The translations under genes and the position numbers were made by a program. The notes beneath the pieces were generated by a model that was not told the origin of the DNA, ran no database searches, and worked only from the letters and a program-made list of their open reading frames with translations. A stretch of 63,998 nt of DNA, filler included, from Octopus bimaculoides (Eukaryota), in assembly GCF_001194135.2 (NCBI RefSeq). It is 8 parts of 6 records of this genome, joined end to end, with 100 filler letters (N's around TTAATTAATTAA, not from the genome) between each part and the next. Parts side by side here need not be neighbours in the genome. Positions count along the whole stretch, not along the records: positions 36,312 to 54,826 come from NC_068981.1; 7 more parts are not named here. One strand, given 5' to 3'. Below are positions 38,638-49,695 of the stretch, piece by piece (position 1 is the stretch's first letter; every line of letters begins with the position of its first letter).

Positions 38638-38964
38638 AGGCTTCGTAGTTCTAAACAAGGATTAAATGAGATTGGTTTTGTGACGTCAGTGAAGCCATGC
38701 GATACGTGTCTTCGAGTCGGAACTTCACTGAAGCCGTTTTACTTGCCGTACACATCAACGCCTTTTCATCTTATCACCTGACTTCCATGGTTCCAATTAT
38801 TACCATCTGTGGAATCAATATCTGCAAATGCTTGATTGGTGAGCACTACTGGATAACAGAAATTTATTGGACAAACACACACACACACACACACACTCTT
38901 TCTTTGTCTCTCTTTCTCTCTCTCCTTTTCTCTTTCTCTTTCTCTCTCTTTATATGTGTGTGTG

Positions 38965-39002
<38 letters not shown>

Positions 39003-39407
39003 NNNNNNNNNNNNNNNNNNNNNNNNNNNNNNNNNNNNNNNNNNNNNNNNNNNNNNNNNNNNNNNNNNNNNNNNNNNNNNNNNNNNNNNNNNNNNNNNNN
39101 NNNNNNNNNNNNNNNNNNNNNNNNNNNNNNNNNNNNNNNNNNNNNNNNNNNNNNNNNNNNNNNNNNNNNNNNNNNNNNNNNNNNNNNNNNNNNNNNNNNN
39201 NNNNNNNNNNNNNNNNNNNNNNNNNNNNNNNNNNNNNNNNNNNNNNNNNNNNNNNNNNNNNNNNNNNNNNNNNNNNNNNNNNNNNNNNNNNNNNNNNNNN
39301 NNNNNNNNNNNNNNNNNNNNNNNNNNNNNNNNNNNNNNNNNNNNNNNNNNNNNNNNNNNNNNNNNNNNNNNNNNNNNNNNNNNNNNNNNNNNNNNNNNNN
39401 NNNNNNN

Positions 39408-39492
<85 letters not shown>

Positions 39493-39642
39493 CTTTATAT
39501 ATAATTATAATTTAGGGTATCTTAGAGACACCACCACGCTGAAATAGCAGCCAAAGCTTGACTCTAAAACCACAATAAATGTTCATATGGCACCAGGAGA
39601 GAAGACAAAGAGACAAAATAAACTAACAAAATTTACTGGATG

Positions 39643-39700
39643 ATTCCAGATCCCGAATTTCTGACTCTGCATAAGAAATGCTTTGCCTCATCAGTGGAAT
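39643..39700 (-). ncRNA. Minimal hammerhead fold with degenerate stem II base
   Basis: AUUCCA-CUGAUGA-GGCAAAGCAUUUCUUAUGCAGAGUCA-GAAA-UUCGGGA-UC-UGGAAU: perfect 6-bp stem I, canonical core, AUC triplet, A at position 11.1. Confidence 0.55.
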
Positions 39701-39818
39701 ATACTCAGTAAAGCACATAAATACAAATATATATATATATATATATATATACATGATTGACCGTTGACCAAACACTATTCAATTTTTTTTCTCCGTGTTT
39801 TTCTCCTTGTCTCCGTAT

Positions 39819-39855
39819 TCTTTCTGTTGAAGAGTGTAGCTCGAAACGTCAAAGA
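39819..39855 (+). ncRNA. Minimal hammerhead fold, CUGUUGA core variant
   Basis: UCUUU-CUGUUGA-A-GAG-UGUAG-CUC-GAAA-CG-UC-AAAGA: 5-bp stem I, 3-bp stem II, palindromic ACGU, GUC triplet. It lies in a repeat with truncated copies at about 8460-8520 (+) and 10296-10370 (-). Confidence 0.55.
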
Positions 39856-40069
39856 CTTTCCGTATTCCCGAGCGTCATACTAATACATCCTTTTGTTGTT
39901 TACACCACCTGTCCTCGTCTGTTGTTGTTTTTTCATACATTCTCCCATATATATATATATATATATTATTGTTGTATTTGGGGATGGCCATGTTGACAGT
40001 TTAGCCAATAAAAACACACGCACTATATATTTGGTATTCATTTGCTTCAGCTTTATTTTATATTAATCG

Positions 40070-40580
40070 TATTTTGGCCAGAGTCCTTTTATCACACTTC
40101 TGTGACCTCATCAGTGGTCCTTTGCTTTCTTCTTTCCTATTTGTGCATACACCCCTGTGTGTGTCTATGTTTAGTAAGTGTATGTGTATGTGTGTGTGGG
40201 GGGGAATGTGCCTGTATTATCAGTATCCCCTGTTTATACACGTTCGTTTAATTTGTTTTTATTTTATTTTGTATTTAATTTAATTTAATTTATTTTGTTA
40301 ATGTATATAATTATTTAACTCCATTTATTTATCTGTGTATTGTATTATATTATATTCATATTGTTATCAGTTTATGGAGATCTTATTCTGTCATAGGTTG
40401 CGGTGTGTTGGGGGGGGGGTGCTAGCGTTCCATTCTAGTTTCCTATTCAGGCTAGGTTTATCTTCTATTATGTGTGTAGCTTCTGTAATTTGTCTAAGCG
40501 TTGCGTTTGTTCTATGATTTTAACTTCTATGTCGTTGAGCGAGCACCCGTGTTCCTGCTGGTACAGAACCGATGAGCTCT
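40070..40580 (-). mobile_element. Penelope-like element 3' remnant (GIY-YIG C-terminus, trailer, decayed hammerhead at 40076-40120)
   Basis: Minus strand ...[18 protein letters not shown]... and, after a frameshift, EATHIIEDKPSLNRKLEWN, resembling the (L)EAxxIxxxxPxLN end of PLE endonucleases. Downstream is GGACCA-CUGAUGA-G-GUCAC...GUGAU-AAAA-GGAC-UC-UGGCC. Confidence 0.65.
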
Positions 40581-40613
40581 GTAAAAGATAAAAGGAAAAA
40601 GATAATTACTCAC

Positions 40614-40704
40614 CTGCAAACAGCCGTTTTCTTTGGTGCATTTATCAAGCGCTACGTAGACTGTCAGTAAATCAGGAGTCAAACAGCCATTGTTGTACCA
40701 ATAC
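40614..40704 (-). CDS. PhyH-family 2OG-Fe(II) dioxygenase, exon 6 ([30 protein letters not shown])
   Basis: 91 bp; acceptor ttgatag, donor gtgagt; phase 2 in, phase 0 out. Completes WHQDYG|YW and contains the D...ENGCLQ motif of PhyH domains. Confidence 0.93.
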
Positions 40705-41658
40705 CTATCAATAATAATACACAATATGAGTAATATCTGGTTTGGATTTAGGGTTAGGGTCAACAGATTTGAGGGGAAGGAAGGGTTAATTGATTAAATT
40801 GATTCCAATACATCACTGGCACTTTATTTTATTGACCAGGAAAGGATGAAAGGCAAAGATGACCTGAGCTGAATTTGAACTCAGAACATCATCATTGCCT
40901 GGTCAAGCTGGCTCAGACATTTTTAACCTGCACATGTCATCCATGTTGGTCCTGTGTTAGTTGAGGAAGGTCTTTGGGGAGGCATCCAGTATCTCTGATG
41001 AGTTGATCTATATACGTTGTGTTCAGACAACCAGCTCAAGTACAACCATGCTTTGGCATCCATAGCCACAGGTCACTTGCCAGCTCTTGTTTAGCTCGAC
41101 AGCAATATCCTACACAACACAAGCACCTTTCTCTTATAATGGTAAAAATAAGCAGATCTCTTTACAGCTGTTTCTTGGTGGGATGATTTCTCCAAAATAT
41201 GTTTGAACCAAAACAAATACCATGAATCACTTTCTCTGATGCTCAAATGATTCTCTCTGTCCACTCCACCACCCTTCAGATGCTACAATGACCTCGATCG
41301 AATGATTTTCTAAACATGCCACCGCCACAAGTGCCAGTAAAGCGACGCTGGTAACGATCACACTCAAATGGTGCTGTTTACGTGCCACTGGCATGGAAGC
41401 CAGACAGCTGCTCTGGCAATGATCACGCTTGGACAGTGCTGTCAGTGCTCCACTGGCACAGTATGTATATATCAAGAGAGAGAGAGCTACATATTGTATG
41501 TATACATTTGTGTGTGTGTGTGCACATGTGGTAGATATCTTTGTGAAGACATGTGGCCTAGTGATTTTGGATTTTGCTCCACAATCATAACGTTGTGGGT
41601 TCCATTCTTAGACACACATACATATTGTTAGTGGTGAGTCATAAAACTCAATACTTAC

Positions 41659-41750
41659 CCATAATCTTGATGCCAGACATGCCTACCACCTGAAAAGGCA
41701 TCCTTCATCATGAGTTTTCCATGATAAAAGTACACTTCACCTCCTAGAAG
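41659..41750 (-). CDS. PhyH-family dioxygenase, exon 5 (LLGGEVYFYHGKLMMKDAFSGGRHVWHQDYG)
   Basis: 92 bp; acceptor ttttggcag, donor gtaagt; carries the HxD iron ligands (HQD). Confidence 0.95.
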
Positions 41751-42159
41751 CTGCCAAAATATAAACATGTCATCAGTAATTAGAAGAGATATAAGTGATT
41801 TGTGATAACATTTTTTAATTACCTGTAAAGTAGCGAGCTGGCGGAGTCATTACTTTGCTGAGCAAGATACTTAGCAGTATTTCATTTGCATTTTCGTTCT
41901 GGTTCAAATTCTGCCAAGGTTGACTTTGTCTTTCATCATTTTGGTGTCAATAAATTAAGTACCAGTTGTGTACTGGGGTCGATCTAATCGACTGGCACCC
42001 TTCCCCTGAAATTGCTAGCCTTGCACCAAAATTTGAAACCAATATTTTTAATTATCTTCTGTAGTCATTCATTATACAAACAGAAACATGGACATTACAT
42101 ATCTCACTTCTACCCACATGTAGTAAAGTTTGTTACATGTAGTGATTCATCGTCATCAT

Positions 42160-42890
42160 CATCATCATCGTCATCGTCGTCATCGTCGTCGTTTAACGTC
42201 CATTTTCCATGCTAGCATGGGTTGGATTGTTTGACTGAGGTCTGGAGAGCCAGCTGCAGCACTAGGTTCCAATCTGATCTGGCAGTGTTTCTACAGCTGG
42301 ATGCCCTTCCTAACGCCAACCACTCCGAGAGTGTAGTAGGTGATTTTTACATGCTACTAGCACATGAGCCAGTCAGGCGGGCCTGGCATCGATCACATTC
42401 GGATAGTGCTTTTTATGTGCCACTGGCACGGAAGCCTGTCAGGTGGACCTGGCATTAACCACATTCAGATGGTGCTCTTTATGTGCCACCGACACAGGAG
42501 CCAGTCAGGGGTACTGAAATTGACCACGTTTGGATGGTGCTTTTTACATGTCACTGGCACGGGAGCCAATCAAGAGGTACTGGCATCGGCCATGTTCGGT
42601 TGGTGCTTTTTATGTGCCACCGGCACGGGAGCCAGTCATGTGGACCTAGCATTGACCACATTCAGATGGTGCTTTTTACATGCCACCAGCATGAGAGCCA
42701 GTCAGAGGGTACTGGCCACAGCTATGATATTGGTTTTACTTGACTCAACAGGTCTTCTCAAGCATATCATATCGCATGACGCATCAGGGGTACACTTAAC
42801 TGGGCCGGACATGCGTAGCTATGATCTCACTTTAGTTTCTGGGTCTTCTCAATCACAGCATATCTCCTAAGGTCCCGGTCTCCTGCCATT
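42160..42890 (-). mobile_element. RTE 3'-tail element with six tandem 66-bp subunits (42340-42720)
   Basis: (CAT)n tail then TTTAACGTCCATTTTCCATGCTAGCATGGGTTGG..., the same 3' UTR as the RTE at 50781-52275. Units start at 42340, 42406, 42472 and so on. Confidence 0.8.
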
Positions 42891-42997
42891 GCCTAGAAAC
42901 ATGGACATCCACAGATATCATGTATCTCACATCCGTTCCCATTTATCAAATTTACTGAGAATGTTGTTCAGTGTATTTCCTCAATATCACAAGCGAA

Positions 42998-43310
42998 AGC
43001 AAGTGGCCTAGTGGTTTGGGTGTTCAGCTCAGGATCATAAGGTCATGGGTTCGATTACCAGCAGGGCATTGTGTCCTTGAGCAAGACACTTTATTTCACG
43101 TTGCTCCAGTCCACTCAGCTGGCAAAAATGAGTTGTACCTGTAATTCAAAAGGGCCAGACTTGTCATGTTGTGTATCATGCTGAATTTCTCTGAGAGCTA
43201 TGTTAAGGGTACATGTGTTTGTGGAATACTCAGCCACATGGTATGATCATGAACATGTTGTTCCAGTGACTGGATCAACTGGAACCCTCATTGTTGTAAC
43301 CAACAGAGTG
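42998..43310 (+). mobile_element. SINE family C, CpG-decayed
   Basis: Colinear with 26277-26593, with most CpGs converted to CA/TG. Confidence 0.8.
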
Positions 43311-43409
43311 CCAGTCTTTTTAATATCACAAAATGTCTTAGGGGTTATCTTTCACAACTTTACCAATAAGTATGAAGTTCAGAGCTATTTAGTCCTATTC
43401 TTCCTCTCA

Positions 43410-43680
43410 AAGCCCTATTACTGGTGCCATGTAAAAAAAGCACTGGTGATGATATCGCATAAAGAATGTCCAGTACACTTTGTAAAGCGGTTGGTGTTAG
43501 GAAGGGCATCCAGCTGTGGAAACCTTGCCAAAACAGACAATGGAATTGGCGTAGCTCTCTAGCTTTCCAGCTCCTGTCAAACTATCCAACCCATGCCAGC
43601 ATGGAAAACGGACGGTAAATGATGATGATGATGATGATGATGTGATGATGGTGATGATGATGATAATGATGATGATGATT
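43410..43680 (+). mobile_element. RTE 3'-tail fragment ending in (GAT)n
   Basis: GGTTGGTGTTAGGAAGGGCATCCAGC...CCAACCCATGCCAGCATGGAAAACGGACG-(ATG)n. Confidence 0.75.
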
Positions 43681-44379
43681 TACTTCTATTATTATTTTAT
43701 ATATAGTTTCATTCTTTAAGCTGAAATAACTTCCTGTTTTCCATATTTCACAAAATATTGAAATCCCAGCGCCACCGAAGTCTCTATATTCCTACGAATC
43801 AAGTGTTACCAACACTCATTCGTCTGATAGAAGTCATTCTCCAATTACAAAACACACAAGTGATTAGCTATTTCATGTTCAAATCTGCCAGAACATATGA
43901 GAAATGGATAAGTATGTCACCGTTTTGATTCCCGATGTTCTTTGTACACATAACCATTTCTTATCAGATTGGCAGGCATCAGCACACAAACATATTTGAA
44001 TAAACCTGAAGTTTATATATTCCTCATCACTACACAGCATTGCCATTATTGTATTTGTTCAAACCAGGCAGTCCACAAGCACAAGTCAGTTACCAATATT
44101 GACTGTTCCATTACAAAGGTATGGCTTTCTAATCTACTCAGGGTTTTCTCTCTTTGGTATCTCCAACTGAGAAAGGCTATGGAACCAGAAATGCATCTAG
44201 GAGTCTAACAGAGGTTGACGCTATGGATGTGATGTATTTTTACACCTTTTTGTCTTAAGATTTTTTTCCACATTAAACTGCAGTGAAATTGCCATTAAAA
44301 GTTAAAATATGTCACAACCATATTTGAACAAACCGAAAGTCTGTTTATTTTTCATCATTGCTTAGTGACAATATTGTAT

Positions 44380-44760
44380 CATCTTGTTTATAATACATGT
44401 TTGGCCCTGGGGAAATATTACTTTCCTTGGAAACAGTGAGTGTTGGTAACAGGAAGAGCGTCTGGCTGTAGAAAATCTGCCTCAATAAACACTACCCAAC
44501 CCATGCAAGCATTGGGAAAGTGGGGGTTAAAATGGGGTTGATGGTTGATGCAACTGGCACCTGTGCCAGTGGCACATGGAAACACCCATTACACTCTTGG
44601 AGTGGTTGGCATTAGGAAGGGCATCCAGCTTTTGAAAACAATGCCAAATCAAACTGGAGTCTGGTGCAGCCCCTCACCTTACCAGCCCTGGTCAAACTGT
44701 CCAACCCATGGCAGCATGGACAACAGACATTAAATGATGATGATGATGATGATGAACAAC
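44380..44760 (+). mobile_element. Two consecutive RTE-tail-type fragments
   Basis: Two occurrences of the AGGAAG(G/A)GC.TC..GCTG...CCAACCCATG motif, the second ending in (GAT)n. Confidence 0.65.
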
Positions 44761-44794
44761 AACAACAACTTAATCTAAATATTTTAATTCTGAC

Positions 44795-44905
44795 CTTTTC
44801 ACTTGTTCCAGCAATTTTGTTACACCGTGCCAGCATCCCCGTCACATCATTGCCAGGAAAGCTCCAAAGAGTCATCCTGCTTTTACCTCCAGCATCGTCG
44901 TCAAC
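44795..44905 (-). CDS. PhyH-family dioxygenase, exon 4 (VDDDAGGKSRMTLWSFPGNDVTGMLARCNKIAGTSEK)
   Basis: 111 bp, phase 0/0; acceptor ttttgtctag, donor gtcaga; joins exons 3 and 5 in frame. Confidence 0.92.
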
Positions 44906-44984
44906 CTAGACAAAAGATGGATGGACATAACGATGCATTTATCAAGACATAACATTTGGTTTTGTCATTACATTAATTAGGAGA

Positions 44985-45360
44985 GGTGTGTGTGTACATG
45001 TGTGTGCAGGTGTGTGTGTGTGCATGTGTTTGTCTGTGTGTGTACATGTGTGTATGCATGTGTGTGTGCATGTGTTCAGGTGTGTGTGTGTGTGGGTGTA
45101 AGCGTGCATGCGTGTGCGTGTGTGAGTGTGTGTGTGTGTGTACATGTGTGTACAGGTGTGTGTGCACACATATATATGTGTGTGCATGTGTGTATGCATG
45201 TATGCACATGTGTGAGTATGTATACATGTATGCACAGATGTGTGTGAGTTGTGCACGTGTATGTGTGTGTGCATGCATGTGTGCTTGTGTGTGTGTGCAT
45301 GTCCGTCCATGTGTGTGTGTGCACGTGTATGCGTCTGTGTGTGCATGCGTGCGTGCAGTT
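44985..45360. repeat. Cryptic (TG)n/(TGCA)n low-complexity array
   Basis: Directly visible; source of several spurious CV/HT-rich ORFs. Confidence 0.9.
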
Positions 45361-45365
45361 AAGGT

Positions 45366-45675
45366 TAGTGGCTTAGTGGTTAGGGTATTTGGCTCATGAT
45401 CAAAAATTTAATTCCTGGCAGCACATTGTGTCCTTGAGCAAGATTCTTTATTTCACGTTGCTCCAATCCACCCAGCTGGCAAAAATGAGTCATACCAGTA
45501 ATTCAAAAGGGACCGGCCTTGTCACATTCTGTGTCACACTGAATCTCTCTGAGAACTATGTTAAGGGTAAGCATGTCTGTGGAGTACTCAGCCACTTGCA
45601 CGTTAATGTCACGAGCAGGCTGTTCTATTGATCGGATCAACTGGAGCACTCATCATAGTAACCAATGAAGTGCCA
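45366..45675 (+). mobile_element. SINE family C, CpG-decayed
   Basis: Colinear with 26277-26593. Confidence 0.8.
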
Positions 45676-45714
45676 GTGTATGTGTGTGTGTGTGTCGTTT
45701 AATTTTAAATACAC

Positions 45715-46140
45715 TGAGTAATCCATCCATCTTCTCCACTCACTAATCCTGGGAATAGAGTCCTTAGGCACTTCCTCCATAAGGGTCCCATCAGAAGCAA
45801 CCATCAATACACCTTCTGACTGAATTCTCAAGCTTGACCAACAGACATTATGGATATTATCCAACTGTTTCATCCTTAGTCTACCCCTTGGTCCCCGGCC
45901 AATTTGCTTGGATTGGATAATCCATCTTTTGATTCTTTTTTCCAGTGTTCTAATCACATGTCCATGGATCCAGATTTTCGACCCTTCAATGCAAAGCAGC
46001 AGCTCAGTCAAGAGAGACTCCTTGATTTCAGAGTCACACACAAGTTATGTTACTCCAGAAACCCTTCAGAGGGACCCTGTTTTGGCTGTTTGTATTCGGT
46101 ATTGTATTCTTTCATGACCATATGAGACGGGATGGGCAAA
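45715..46140 (-). mobile_element. Second RTE family, decayed ORF C-terminus
   Basis: DSEIKESLLTELLLCIEGSKIWIHGHVIR...GRGPRGRLRMKQLDNI resembles the RTE motif LRWFGHVxRM...GxRxRGRPxxxWxD. Confidence 0.7.
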
Positions 46141-46239
46141 AAAACGAACTCAAGATAGCAAGTTTGGGTTTTTTACCAACTTCATCTCTTCTGAGGAACA
46201 AATGTTGAATAATTATAAATTTAAGTAGAATGTAACATG

Positions 46240-46995
46240 AATCATCATCATCATCGTCGTTTAACGTCCGCTTTCCATGCTAGCATGGGTTGGACGATTT
46301 GACTGAGGACTGGTGGACCAGGAGGCGACACCAGGCTCCAATCTGATTTGGCAGAGTTTCTACAGCTGGATGCCCTTCCTAAAGCCAACCACTCCGAGAG
46401 TGTAGTGGGTGCTTTTACGTGCCACCGGCACGAGGGCTAGTCAGGCGGTACTGGCGACGGCCATGCTCAAAATGGTGTATTTTACGTGCCACCTGCACAG
46501 GAGCCAGTCCATCAGCACTGGCAACGATCTCGCTCGAATGTCTTTTCACATTCCACTGGCACAAGTGCCAGGGAGATGACATTGGTAACGATCAACAGCC
46601 ACACTCGAAATGGTGTATTTTACATGTCACCTGCATAGGGGCCAGTCCATCGGCACTGGCAACGATCTTGCTCGAATGTCTTTTCACGTGCCACTGGCAC
46701 AAGTGCCAGGAAGGCAATGTTAGTAACGATCACGCTAGTGCTATTTACGTGCCACCGTCACAGAAGCCATCACGATTTCGCTTTCGCTTGCCGAGTTTAG
46801 TGTTCTAAATTATGTAAGTTATGTGTGCTGGTGTTATGTAAAAAGCACTGAGGACTCTGTAAAGGGCATCCAGTGGTAGAAACCAATCCAAAATAGACAA
46901 TGGAACCTAGTGTGGTTCCTGGCCTTGCCAGCTCCTGTTAAACCATCCAACCCATGTCAGCATGGAAAATGGATGTTAAATGATGATGATGATGA
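46240..46995. mobile_element. RTE 3'-tail copies: minus 46240-46800, plus 46820-46995
   Basis: Same 3' UTR core as 50781-51110, with (CAT)n / (GAT)n tails at the outer ends. Confidence 0.75.
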
Positions 46996-47691
46996 TGTGT
47001 GTATGGTTTAATTTTAAATACAGTAAGCAGGAGGAACTGAATACGAGATTCTATAAATTCTGATAGCTATGTGTCTATGGATATATTTTGAATACAACAA
47101 ACAACTGTAACTTTAATTAGAAAGCAATATGTAATGATGTAAATTATAAAAATTGTATGTATCTGATTTAATATTACCATATATGCTTGAGTAATAGTCA
47201 ATCTCATGTAAAAATCAACTCCTTATTTTTGGCCCAAAATTTGGGAATTTTCCACAGACCCTGTATAAAAGTTGACTCTAGTATTTCACGAATTGACCCC
47301 AGTCTTTAATGGAACATATTTTATTGACCCCAAAAAGATGAAAGGCAAAGTCAACTCCAGCAGCATTTGAACTCAGAATGTAAAGACAGAGGAAACGCTG
47401 CTAGGCATTTTGCACAGAGCACTGACCATTCTGCCTTGAAGAGATGGGATATTAATGTATTCTTTTATTCATTTCAGTCATTTGACTGCGGCCATGCTGG
47501 AGCACCACCTTTAGTCGAGTAAATCAACCCCAGGACTTATTATCTGTAAGCCTAGTACTTATTCTATCGATCTCTTTTATTGAACTGCTAAGTTACAGGG
47601 ACATAAACAGACCAACATCAGTTGTTAAGCAATGGTGGTGGGGGTGCAAACACAGACACACACACACACATATATGTATGTATGTATGTAT

Positions 47692-47735
<44 letters not shown>

Positions 47736-47933
47736 CTATGTCCGTTGGTTTTGAATATAACAGACACCATAAGGTGGTCAGTGGAATTTCGCCTGTCTTT
47801 ATGTTCTGAGTTCAAATTCCACTGCGGTCAGCTTTGCTTTTCATCCTGACCACTGGGGGAACCGATGTAATCAACTTGGCTCTTCTCTCGAATCTGCTGG
47901 CCTTGCACCAACGTTGAAACCAATCTTACTTAC

Positions 47934-48012
47934 ACCATAAGCATGGCTGCAAAGCTCACTTTCAGTCAAAGTTTTGTGGATTTTCTGCAGTTCTTCTTCA
48001 TTAATGAGACCC
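47934..48012 (-). CDS. PhyH-family dioxygenase, exon 3 (GLINEEELQKIHKTLTESELCSHAYG)
   Basis: 79 bp; pyrimidine-rich acceptor ttctttctctttaaag, donor gtaagt; phase 2 in (AG|G = Arg), phase 0 out. Confidence 0.92.
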
Positions 48013-48888
48013 CTTTAAAGAGAAAGAAGAAAGAACAGTAAGATGTTGAAAGAAACCAGAGAACATTCTCCAATGATGTATTCAAATATTTCACAAAAAA
48101 AGAAATGTTTATTGGGGATTATTTTTGTATTTGTGTTTGGTCTGCAAGAGTCTTGATGTGAAATTGTGTATTGAAACAAATTTTGTAGTAAATGGGTTCT
48201 CTGTTGGTTATGGTGATGAGGGTTCCAGCTGATTTGAGCTTGTGAAATTAATGTGCAAGTAGCTGAGTGGACTGAAGTAACATGAAATAAGGTGTCTTTC
48301 TGAAGGATACAACACACTGCCAGCAATCAAACCCACAACATCAAGATCATCAGCCAAATATCCCTAACCACTTAACCACAGGCCCTCACTCAAATTTTGT
48401 ATCATGAGAGAGTCAGTATGGCATTAAGAAACACATTTCTTTAATCATTATTATTATTAGCTAGCAAATTAATAATTTAACCATTTAAATCAAGTGTTTG
48501 ATTAATTGTTCAAACAGTCAACTAATCATCTGGGTTTGCCAGAATCTTTTTCTCTCCGTTCACAACCTCATCAATGACAGCCCCTCTACTCAAGATCTGT
48601 CATTATTGTCTTTAATCTTTAGTCAAGGCAGAAGGCAGTGCTCATGGCATTGCAGTGCCTCTCTGTGAGTTACCATTCCTTTATTCCATGGTCTCCACTG
48701 CTGCCAAGGCAGAAGATTTTATTTTGTGACCAGATGTCACAATTGCAGTCAACATTCTTATTTACAGTTGAACCAATGAAGAATCCCCTATGTAGTCATT
48801 TGACTTGCTAGAAATATAAACCAAATCTACCTCAAATCACACCCTATTGTCTTTAAAAAAAGGAAGGACACGTACAATTAAGCCTTGG

Positions 48889-49695
48889 ATATGAAGTGGG
48901 ATGTGTAGCGAAATGTGATGTTGAATCAATGTGTGTTGCCGGGTGTAGCAGATTATGTTCGATGTGTTTGACCGGCATCAAAGGTAGTGTGGAAACTACA
49001 TTTTATTTTCTGGGCAGAGATTCGAAACTGAATCTAAGGATTCTAGCTTGCTCAATCCACCGCTATCAGCTGACCAGGCACCAAAAATTTCTTTGTCCTG
49101 TCAGAAAGTGATGGATGAGTTTCCACTCGACCTCCGACCTGGGTTATGTCACAGAAAGTTCAGCTGGACAACAGGTGACCTAAATAGGCACGAGTCACTC
49201 TTATAATGATACATCCATCCTTCTAGCTAGGATGGCCATTGATAATTCCATAGACATACACCAGTTAGCCAGCGGTTAACAGACAGTCAGCAATGTGAGG
49301 AGATGGTGACCACTGTGAGCCAAAAGACCGGACAATAGCAGTTGCAGACCATGAACTGATGAGATAGAAAAATAGAAAGACAACACAACCAAATGACAAA
49401 CGTGTACACAGACACAAAATATGTCTTGTACTATCTTGTCACAACAACATTCTCTTTCTCCTGGTTTTACCTCGCCGACTTGAAGTAGTTGGCTGTATTC
49501 TGTAGCGACATATTTGTTCAAGTATGCAACAAAGTGAATACAACTGTAACTAAACAAATTATTGAAATTGCATTTCAGTTCTTTTTCATTTGTTTTCCTT
49601 TGATGCCCGTCAAATACACCCAGAATAATCTGCTACAGCTGACACCTTACATTGATCCATCAACATCACATTTCGCTACACATCCCGCTACAGAT
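48889..49695. mobile_element. Unclassified TIR element of about 800 bp (TIRs about 90-100 bp)
   Basis: GGGATGTGTAGCGAAATGTGATGTTG...GGCATCAAAGG at 48898 is mirrored by CCTTTGATGCCC...CAACATCACATTTCGCTACACATCCC ending at 49686. Confidence 0.75.

Noticed and set aside
38776-38850. Candidate next PhyH exon (VLTNQAFADIDSTDGNNWNHGSQ)
   Set aside because: No similarity to the expected VLxGSH...RIDH segment, and the acceptor phase is incompatible with exon 6.
40748-40759. (TTAGGG)2
   Set aside because: Only two units, inside a diverged SINE B tail; compatible with chance.
42340-42720. CRISPR-like regularly spaced repeats
   Set aside because: The units are contiguous diverged tandem copies without unique spacers, inside a eukaryotic LINE 3' UTR.
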